DNA of 64,000 nucleotides. It comes from a virus. Taxonomy: Duplodnaviria; Caudoviricetes. How positions within the stretch are numbered: position 1 is the stretch's first letter; every line of letters starts with the position of its first letter. Shown here in pieces: positions 56,804-64,000 of this stretch. Location: IMG/VR virus record IMGVR_UViG_3300034071_001210, positions 43,893-107,892 of that record. One strand, given 5' to 3'. The translations under genes and the position numbers were made by a program. The notes under the pieces are model-generated. The model was not told the DNA's origin, searched no databases, and saw nothing but the letters and a program-made list of their open reading frames with translations.

Positions 56804-57012
56804 CATATATTCCAGGTGAAGCGTATCAAAAAGGTTATGCAGCCCGTATGGGTGGTGCAGAAAGAGCATCGAATGTAAATGAGTCTACCAGTGTATATTG
56901 GGAAGAATGGGCTACTGGTTGGGACGATGCTAATACTAAGGTAATTACAGAAGCCAGACAAAATGCTGGTTGTTCAAAGCCTAAGTGTTGTAAGAAATTT
57001 ATTCAAGAATAA
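56800..57012 (+). CDS. Ribosome modulation factor-like protein
   Basis: AYQKGYAA..GG...WATGWDDA resembles the RMF pattern AxxxGYxA...WxxGW. Confidence 0.55.
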   Translation: MTYIPGEAYQKGYAARMGGAERASNVNESTSVYWEEWATGWDDANTKVITEARQNAGCSKPKCCKKFIQE

Positions 57013-57038
57013 AAAAAATCCCCGAAAGGGGATTTTTT
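57010..57038. terminator. Bidirectional terminator
   Basis: AAAAAAAATCCCC-GAAA-GGGGATTTTTT. Confidence 0.85.
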
Positions 57039-58773
57039 AATCTGTTGTATGTTGTAAAAGCAATTTGTCTAAATGTTCATGTAAACTTGGATCAGTTGCT
57101 GCTTTAATAGTTTTATAAGCTCTTTTTGACATTGTAAGTCTACGAGCAGATTTTTGTTTAATTGCTGCAGATATAAATCCCGTTAATGGGGTTACTTCTA
57201 CACTATGTCCTGCTGTTTCAGACTTACCCTGTTCTTTCCCTTTTCCTCTAGTTTTTCTTTTTATGGATGGATATTCAAGACCATTAGCCCAGTGTTCTAT
57301 TACATCTGGTGTATCTATTTCATAAAACTTACCAGTTTCTGCTTTTATAATTGTTATTGGTCCAGATTTTTTACCATATCTAACTAATTGTGTTGCGGCT
57401 TCACGACTCAATTCTTGAGCCGTTTCGGGTGGTAATTGTATTCTATATCTTCCTCTAGTGGTTTTTTCTAAATCATCTAAACCTACACCTTGTTTTGCCC
57501 AGTCAGCTTTTATTAATTTTTTACCAATTGAAGGCCATTCAGTCGGAAACGTTCCAGAAGCTTTTGATGTTTTTACTTCTCCATGAACGGTAGTTTGTGT
57601 TGTTGGATCATAGACAAATGTATCTGGAATAATATCTGTAGAAAGTTTTCCTCCTGGTCTATCCGAAGCTGAAGGAGATTTTTTAGATCCTTTTAAATGA
57701 CTTGTTACAAAAGTAGAAATTGCTTCATGTTTTTTATCATGATCTTCAATTTTATGCAATTCATCCAATCCTCTACCAAGAGATAATAGTCTTGCATGAA
57801 GTTCTGCATGATGTCCTGTTGGGGACTTTGGATTTTGTAAAATACCTAATTTTTGTTCTGTTGGATCGGCCCCATTATTAAACAGATTTGTTACTACTCT
57901 AGAAATATTAGCATGATGTTCTCCATCTGGAGATCCATTTAAATCTTTATCTTGAAAATATGTCATCACTTCTTCAACAGATGTCTTACCATCTAAATTT
58001 TTATCTGGTGTAATTTCTTCACTTTCTTCATTCAAAATATCTAAAAACCCTAATTCAAATTCTTCAGCAAAACTTTGTTTAGAATAATCAACCCAATGAA
58101 TATCTTGTTTACCAGTATCTGGATCTACAGAACGAAGAGCTATTTTTCCTTTTGGATTTCTAGCTTGATATCTTTGTAAATATGTTTTAGTTTCACTAGC
58201 TGGAAGATGTTTCCATGCTTTAGCTAATTTAAATTGTCCCATTTCTTCTGCGCATACATCAAACATTTCACAGTTGTCTAGACCTACTGGTGGTTTTCGT
58301 CTCTGCATTGGAGCCATAACAGGATCAAATCCAGCAACACCACCCTGATTGTTGGATACCACAGGTGTACCAATGGTTCCAGCACCACCACCTCCACCAC
58401 CTACACCCATATCTTCGCATAATGCAATATAACTGGTGTTTGGATTTTTATTAAGAGCGATATAACCTTCAACTAATCCTGCAAATTGAGCATCACTAAT
58501 CTCATAGGCTTGAACCGCTTCACTAAACAATTGAAGTGTACTAAGGTAATTTGTTAGTTGTGCTTTAGTTAATCCAGCAGGTAACTGTTCAAAGATCTTC
58601 TTTAATTTAATAATCAGATATTCAAATGAATCAATACTACTTTCTGCCTTTAATACATTACCACTAGAATCAATTGCACCAGCACTATATGCAGATAATT
58701 CTGTATATGGTGAAGAAATACCTTGCGCAAATTTATAAAAATAAAAAGATGGAATGTATTGTGGTGTATTCAT
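57037..58773 (-). CDS. T4-like conserved N-terminus fused to a variable C-terminal domain
   Basis: YKF...PYTELSAYSAGAIDSSG N-terminus; C-terminal PD...EVK suggests a nuclease-like fold. Confidence 0.55.
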   Translation of the reverse strand: MNTPQYIPSFYFYKFAQGISSPYTELSAYSAGAIDSSGNVLKAESSIDSFEYLIIKLKKIFEQLPAGLTKAQLTNYLSTLQLFSEAVQAYEISDAQFAGLVEGYIALNKNPNTSYIALCEDMGVGGGGGGAGTIGTPVVSNNQGGVAGFDPVMAPMQRRKPPVGLDNCEMFDVCAEEMGQFKLAKAWKHLPASETKTYLQRYQARNPKGKIALRSVDPDTGKQDIHWVDYSKQSFAEEFELGFLDILNEESEEITPDKNLDGKTSVEEVMTYFQDKDLNGSPDGEHHANISRVVTNLFNNGADPTEQKLGILQNPKSPTGHHAELHARLLSLGRGLDELHKIEDHDKKHEAISTFVTSHLKGSKKSPSASDRPGGKLSTDIIPDTFVYDPTTQTTVHGEVKTSKASGTFPTEWPSIGKKLIKADWAKQGVGLDDLEKTTRGRYRIQLPPETAQELSREAATQLVRYGKKSGPITIIKAETGKFYEIDTPDVIEHWANGLEYPSIKRKTRGKGKEQGKSETAGHSVEVTPLTGFISAAIKQKSARRLTMSKRAYKTIKAATDPSLHEHLDKLLLQHTTD

Positions 58774-59168
58774 TTTTCAACCTGTAGTAATTTTCTATCT
58801 ACTCTTGGGTCAGTATTCAATTCTGAATATTTTACTTCTGGTAAATTTTTAATATTAAAATTTAAGAATACAGTAAATGATTTTAAATACGAATATAGTC
58901 TTGGTTCAACTTTAAAAAACAAAATGCGTATGGCATTCTCTTCGCCAAACACATTTCTTAAAATTATTATATGATTTATTATAAGTCGTTCACGTATTGA
59001 CTTTAAAGTTTTATGTTTGTGAATCTTTTGTAAAAGTCTTTTTACATATTTGATTCTCTTTAAGTCGTCCATGAACTCAGCTTTACCTGTGCACTCACTG
59101 TTGAAATAACAGCCCTGACAGAATTCGAGAAATAGTTCTTCTGTCAGGGGAGTATTTTTATCAACCAT
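58770..59168 (-). CDS. Conserved T4-like hypothetical protein
   Basis: EFMDDLKRIKYVKRL, ERLIINHIIILRNVFG. Confidence 0.8.
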   Translation of the reverse strand: MVDKNTPLTEELFLEFCQGCYFNSECTGKAEFMDDLKRIKYVKRLLQKIHKHKTLKSIRERLIINHIIILRNVFGEENAIRILFFKVEPRLYSYLKSFTVFLNFNIKNLPEVKYSELNTDPRVDRKLLQVEK

Positions 59169-59175
59169 TATTATC

Positions 59176-59733
59176 TCAGTGTTGGCAACCGCAACCATTT
59201 TGATCTAGTTCCATATTATATGAAGAAGTGGCTGTTGGAACGATTACCAAACTAACTTTACGTAAATGGTTTGGTTGCATAGTTACAGTAACTTGAAGAG
59301 CCAAAGAATGACCAATTTTCTCTTTGATACCGTCACCTTGCTTAAACCCAGCCTTATTGACATCATCGTATGGATTTTGACCATATACACCCAATTGCGG
59401 GCTACCGTATTGAACTAGTTCAAAGGTGCTAACACCATCTGGAATTTGCATTTTTGGGGCTGCAAAGTCTAAACCAACCATATTCAATTTTTGTTGTACA
59501 ACACCCATAATAGCATCTGGATTGATGTAATCTCTTGAGGAGAATGTGTACAACATAGCGTTAATAGCGTCTATCTGCCTTGGGAGGGCTAGGTTGAACG
59601 TTCCCTTGTCTGTGAGGGGAGACTGACCAACTTTGCCTTGTGGGTCACCTATATAAAGACCACCACCAAAGGTGTGTTCACCCGCATTTTCAACGAGTTT
59701 GGTAATTCTGGATACGAGTTGTTTAAATTTCAT
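59176..59733 (-). CDS. Hypothetical late protein
   Basis: MKFKQL...LVE leader. Confidence 0.65.
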   Translation of the reverse strand: MKFKQLVSRITKLVENAGEHTFGGGLYIGDPQGKVGQSPLTDKGTFNLALPRQIDAINAMLYTFSSRDYINPDAIMGVVQQKLNMVGLDFAAPKMQIPDGVSTFELVQYGSPQLGVYGQNPYDDVNKAGFKQGDGIKEKIGHSLALQVTVTMQPNHLRKVSLVIVPTATSSYNMELDQNGCGCQH

Positions 59734-59742
59734 GGTTGTCCT

Positions 59743-59910
59743 CTATTTAGTCCTGTTTCTTATTAGCCCATATAGATCTGGATTGTATACTTGTTCATTG
59801 AGAGATCTAAGGGTGTTCTTGGCAATATTTTCTTGAATTTTCTTCAATCCACACTTATGTTTAAATGATGGATTTTCCTTTACAATTTTACTAGAAGTAA
59901 GCTTTTTCAT
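59743..59910 (-). CDS. Small hypothetical protein
   Basis: Manual translation MKKLTSSKIVKE. Confidence 0.5.
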   Translation of the reverse strand: MKKLTSSKIVKENPSFKHKCGLKKIQENIAKNTLRSLNEQVYNPDLYGLIRNRTK

Positions 59911-59912
59911 TA

Positions 59913-62297
59913 TCAGTGCCTATTTTGATGTTCACCCTTATGGTGTCCGTTATCAGCTCGGTTATCTGATTTATCACGAACTCTTAAATTATTTATACCT
60001 TTTGAACCACCGCTACGAAGTGGTTTCTTGTGGTCAATATCTTTGCCATCACCCTTTTTGGCTCTACCCTTTTTAATCATTAAATCTCGTGCAGCACCTC
60101 TTGCAGCTCGTTCTTTTCTTTGCTTCTTCTTACCGTGATAATTTTTATATTCTTTTTTGTAATCTCGCTTATATTCTTCAATAATAAGATCATTGATTAA
60201 ACCAATTATACACACAGGATTTTCATACATGCGTATAACTGCATTTTCATAAATTGAATTTACATTTAACATAACATATTCAGCATTTTCGGTTAATAGA
60301 CTTGATGAATCTTCTATTAACTCTGCTTCAACATTGGTTATGAGTTGATTACGAACTAGATGAGCAAGAACGAAATTATTACTCAAGGATTCTACTAAAA
60401 GATCATTTAAGAAAATCACAGATTCTCCTAAAACTTCAGAACTGATATTCTCACCCTTCATAACAGGAATTCTGATTGTTTTCTTACCAATTGTAACATA
60501 ATTGTATTGTACAGAATTTAAATCTTTATTATTAAATCCTGGAAGAAGACTTGCATTTAAAAGGAAGTCATGATTCTTAACGAGGTAGTCAACCATCAAC
60601 TGAATAGGTTCAATAGAATCTTTAGGTACTAGAATTCCATCTCCCTTTTCTTTTTGCTTTTCTTTTGGTTGTGCTTCTTCGATTATTGCAGTATACTTCT
60701 TTAACGTCTCAGCAGCTGATGTCTTGTAATTTGATATGTTGGAAGCTGTCATAGTATCTTTAGCTTTGGACATATCAAAATTTGATTCAGCTGAAATAGT
60801 ATTAAAATAATCATCTGTCATTGGAAAAATACCATTTACAGTAATGAGATGATTAGGAGCCATTTTTGGATCAGCAATATTATCACCACGTAATACAGTT
60901 TTTAAAAGTGTACTAATAATATTTGTCTTTAAAGCTGATTTACTACCTCCACGCATAATTTCAAGAGCACCCTCTTGCCATGCTTTAATATATCTTCCCA
61001 TTGATGCTAATGGATTTATATTACCGTCTTCATCAATAACAGTACCAGTAACATTTCCAGATTCATCTTTTACTGGTGTAGATTGTAACTTTTTTAACAT
61101 TGCTGGATCAGCTTTAATCTGACTCAACATTTCATCTGGAATCAAAACATCGGAAAATGCCGCTTTTCCTTTTTGCATCTTTTGAAATACTGCTGCAAGT
61201 TTTGGATCTGAAGAAATTAAATTGGGATTAGATAAGGATTGCGTTAATGCACTAGCAACAAATCCTTTAAAGTTTTTATTTGATTGATCAAATTGATTTG
61301 TAGATAGAGACATCTCTCCACCTGCTGCAACTTTAAATCTATATTCACCACATTGCATATCGCTAGCACCTTCAGAGTTAACTGGCTTGCCACCATTCTC
61401 TACATTTGTTAATAGATTCTGAATGCATTCATCTCCAATTTGAGATAAAATCTTTCTAGCGGTAAAGAATGCTGCTCGTGTGAAATCATTTGCATCTTCG
61501 GTCATGGCTCCGTATGTTAACATTTCTTGCCTACTTGCACCAGATTTCAACTTTGCTATGAACACTAATGCATTCATTACTTGTTGATTATATGGAGTAG
61601 AAGAAGTATCATTGATACCATATTCGACAGTTAGATTTTCATAAGATAGCTGATCAAAATCCGTATTTGCCGGAGGCTTACGAATCATCTTAAAATATTC
61701 ATTGCGTAATTCTTGTGGCATACCCAGTAATTGATCTGGTTCCATTTCACTCATTGCTTGGAACATTTGATCTTTAGAAAGTTTCTTGGCTTTCCCAGAT
61801 TCTTTCTTTTCACCAGAAGAAGATTTACTTTTTTCTTTATCTTTTCCTTCTCGTTTTCCCTTAGACTCTTCCTCTTTTTTGCCTTCTTTTTTACTACCTT
61901 CTTTTTCTTTAGTATCACCAAACAAAAGTTTAGATGCACGGGTTTGTTCAAACTCTTTAGAGTTTGTAGCCTGTTGTGCTTCTTCAATGGTTAAAACATC
62001 TTTATTTAATTTTTTATGCAAACTTGCATTAAAGGAATCTTTAAAGATTAGTTGAATACGACCGCTTTTGGTTTCAACCAAAATTACTTCTTTAATAAGT
62101 TCTTGTTTTGGTTTACGATCTCTCGGAACTTGTTTACTACGTTCTATGCGTTTACGCGCAGCATCCTTTGCAAGATTGTTTCCTGCACCTGATTTAGCCC
62201 TATCTTTTTGTTCTGAAGCCCCCAATTTGGGTGATGCAGTTACTTCATTAAGTGTCGAAGGGTTTAAAATTTTTGATAACAGTGTTTTAAAGTTCAT
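59913..62297 (-). CDS. Large late protein with C-terminal HNH domain
   Basis: RDYKKEY...GDGKDIDHKKPL..GG...NLRV...NR. Confidence 0.7.
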   Translation of the reverse strand: MNFKTLLSKILNPSTLNEVTASPKLGASEQKDRAKSGAGNNLAKDAARKRIERSKQVPRDRKPKQELIKEVILVETKSGRIQLIFKDSFNASLHKKLNKDVLTIEEAQQATNSKEFEQTRASKLLFGDTKEKEGSKKEGKKEEESKGKREGKDKEKSKSSSGEKKESGKAKKLSKDQMFQAMSEMEPDQLLGMPQELRNEYFKMIRKPPANTDFDQLSYENLTVEYGINDTSSTPYNQQVMNALVFIAKLKSGASRQEMLTYGAMTEDANDFTRAAFFTARKILSQIGDECIQNLLTNVENGGKPVNSEGASDMQCGEYRFKVAAGGEMSLSTNQFDQSNKNFKGFVASALTQSLSNPNLISSDPKLAAVFQKMQKGKAAFSDVLIPDEMLSQIKADPAMLKKLQSTPVKDESGNVTGTVIDEDGNINPLASMGRYIKAWQEGALEIMRGGSKSALKTNIISTLLKTVLRGDNIADPKMAPNHLITVNGIFPMTDDYFNTISAESNFDMSKAKDTMTASNISNYKTSAAETLKKYTAIIEEAQPKEKQKEKGDGILVPKDSIEPIQLMVDYLVKNHDFLLNASLLPGFNNKDLNSVQYNYVTIGKKTIRIPVMKGENISSEVLGESVIFLNDLLVESLSNNFVLAHLVRNQLITNVEAELIEDSSSLLTENAEYVMLNVNSIYENAVIRMYENPVCIIGLINDLIIEEYKRDYKKEYKNYHGKKKQRKERAARGAARDLMIKKGRAKKGDGKDIDHKKPLRSGGSKGINNLRVRDKSDNRADNGHHKGEHQNRH

Positions 62298-62303
62298 CTT
62301 AAA

Positions 62304-62903
62304 TTATTTAGGCTCTGAAGAATCCTTATATTCTGCCAGAGGATTGTATAATTTAAAATTTTTATGGGTTTTTATCTTCCCATTTACTAAACTTTTAATT
62401 CCAGTGTAAGAGAGATTGTTGTTCCGTGCAAATTCTTTTAAATTTGTCACCGGAATAACTTGATTTGTTGTCATCTCTACCAGAATAGTAGATTTGGTCT
62501 TTATGACCTTTTTTCTAACTGGTTCCTTTAATTTTACCCGTGGACCAACTTCCATAATTGGTCTTATTTCTACTGCAGTCCAACCTTTATAGGTTTTACG
62601 AGTACCATTTAAAAGTTCACATATTTTATTTGAGGTCATGCCATTGGCAGTTGCGAATTCTCCCATATTAGAAAAGAAGACTTTTTCTTCTGTTTCTACT
62701 CTCTTTAGCCAATAGCCATTCTTTGTAGCAACATCCGTAATCCATCTCCAGTATCTACCTTCTCGCCGAAAGAATCCACCGTGATCTTGAACAAATTGAT
62801 TTCTGGCTTTTACAGATTTAGAATTATCATTCATCTGTGTCCACAATTTGGTTCCACGAGTATTAACACTTTCTTCTAATGAACGAGATTCATACTGTGC
62901 CAT
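62304..62903 (-). CDS. NUMOD-type DNA-binding repeat protein
   Basis: Two copies of NxxEFAxxNxx...LxNGxxKTxK. Confidence 0.6.
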   Translation of the reverse strand: MAQYESRSLEESVNTRGTKLWTQMNDNSKSVKARNQFVQDHGGFFRREGRYWRWITDVATKNGYWLKRVETEEKVFFSNMGEFATANGMTSNKICELLNGTRKTYKGWTAVEIRPIMEVGPRVKLKEPVRKKVIKTKSTILVEMTTNQVIPVTNLKEFARNNNLSYTGIKSLVNGKIKTHKNFKLYNPLAEYKDSSEPK

Positions 62904-63558
62904 GATATTTCCTATAATCTGTAATCAAGAATTTTAAATGTTTAACATGGTTAATGGGTTTATCTTGAAATACTTGATGTAGACCATCTTCGCATGCAAT
63001 CATTATTGCAAAATTATCAATAATAATACCAGTTCTTTCTTGAAACATCAAAGAATATGCTGTAGCCTGAGCAAAGTAATTATCAACATCCTTTGTTCGT
63101 TTTTCTTTTGTGCTTGCTTTAAAATCAATAATAGAAAGTTTTCCATCATATTCAGCAATACAGTCGGTTCTTCCTGCTAGCCCAAGTATCTTGGACCACA
63201 GTGGAGTTTCTAATGCTATAATATTATCAATCTTGTCAATTTCTGGTCGTAGAATTGAAAATAAAGATTTGATTCCAGAATGAAGATTGTCATAGTCTAG
63301 ATCTTCATTATTTAAATATTTTTCAATAAGACTATGAAATTTAGTTCCTCTAGCAAGAACTCGTTTACTTTCTTCTGGATTCTTTCGTCTCCATTCAGCA
63401 AAAAACTCTTGTTTGCGAAACCCTACGACTGTAGTTACAGAAGGAAAAATTCCTTCTGGTGTACTGTACATTCTAGGTCCAGAACCAGATACTTCGTTTA
63501 AAGAACCTTCAAGTAATAACGGCTTATGAACAAATTGTTTAGTAGATATAATAGCCAT
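62890..63558 (-). CDS. PD-(D/E)XK exonuclease (Cas4-like, T4-like phage type)
   Basis: PSVTTV, RGTKFH, AGRTDCIAEYDGKLSIIDFK, QATAY. Confidence 0.88.
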   Translation of the reverse strand: MAIISTKQFVHKPLLLEGSLNEVSGSGPRMYSTPEGIFPSVTTVVGFRKQEFFAEWRRKNPEESKRVLARGTKFHSLIEKYLNNEDLDYDNLHSGIKSLFSILRPEIDKIDNIIALETPLWSKILGLAGRTDCIAEYDGKLSIIDFKASTKEKRTKDVDNYFAQATAYSLMFQERTGIIIDNFAIMIACEDGLHQVFQDKPINHVKHLKFLITDYRKYHGTV

Positions 63559-63606
63559 AGAATTTCACCAGATGAGTATACCACAAATTAACAAATATAC
63601 AATTAT

Positions 63607-64000
63607 TTATATTGCTTTAAATAACTTAGCAAACTGACCCATTGCTTCGGCTCCTAAGCCAACATCAATGTTCTGGCCTTGTCCTTTAAATCCATATTCT
63701 TCTGATCCACGTGTGGGACTACCACCAAACCCAATAATTGGAGGAGTGAACGGTGGCTTAAATGGTTCTATGGTTTTGGTTCCTCGACCAGTTTTCTTTG
63801 TATTTTTGGTTTGGCTTTTAGTCTTGGTTTGGGTCTTTAGTTCAGTCTTTGGCTCAGTCTTTGGCTTAGTTTCTGGCTTAGTTTCTGGCTTAGTTTCTGG
63901 CTTAGTTTCTGGCTTAGTTTCTGGCTTAGTTTCTGGCTTAGTTTCTGGCTTAGTTTCTGGCTTAGTTTCTGGCTTAGTTTCTGGCTTAGTTTCTGGCTTA
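63607..64000 (-). CDS. C-terminus of a protein with KPET repeats (runs off window end)
   Basis: Open frame (KPET)n...GQFAKLFKAI*. Confidence 0.75.
   Translation of the reverse strand, partial: KPETKPETKPETKPETKPETKPETKPETKPETKPETKPETKPETKPKTEPKTELKTQTKTKSQTKNTKKTGRGTKTIEPFKPPFTPPIIGFGGSPTRGSEEYGFKGQGQNIDVGLGAEAMGQFAKLFKAI
63863..64000. repeat. 12-bp tandem repeat GGCTTAGTTTCT (>=11 copies)
   Basis: Direct reading; encodes KPET on the minus strand. Confidence 0.95.

Noticed and set aside
62890-63558. Cas4 as evidence of a CRISPR system
   Set aside because: This is the common stand-alone exonuclease of T4-like phages; no array or cas1/cas2 nearby
63863-64000. Regulatory repeat or CRISPR
   Set aside because: Spacer-less 12-mer in frame as a KPET linker
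1-64000. Stop-codon reassignment
   Set aside because: Conserved genes are intact under code 11 and no suppressor tRNA was seen

Overview
A 64-kb segment of a large T4-like myophage genome. Bases 1-29 kb and 42-64 kb are AT-rich and mostly late genes: terminase gp17/gp16, neck gp13-15, baseplate genes, gp4, gp32, gp33, Cys-rich virion proteins, lysozyme, GMP reductase, GroES, nucleases, a beta-helix protein, and many proteins that begin with a T4-type capsid-targeting leader. A visibly GC-richer island (~29.4-41.7 kb) is the main finding. It is built from repeated expression cassettes. Thirteen copies of a non-canonical promoter (TGCAGTCACRACA-N8-TAYAAT-N6-start) place a start codon exactly 33 nt after the motif in 12 copies, implying leaderless mRNAs; the 13th copy drives a structured RNA. 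Seven complete hairpins with invariant ends (ACTATCAG...CTGATAGT) and covarying inner stems are each followed by a GGA-rich tract, and six of them lie 58-70 nt upstream of such a promoter. The island also carries four tRNAs that read A-ending codons and an AAA+/VWA pair. Other highlights are a candidate -1 frameshift fusing gp26 to a start-less gp51 and a PEP-CTERM-like protein that hints at a planctomycete-like host. All calls come from reading the sequence and recognising motifs; no database searches were run.
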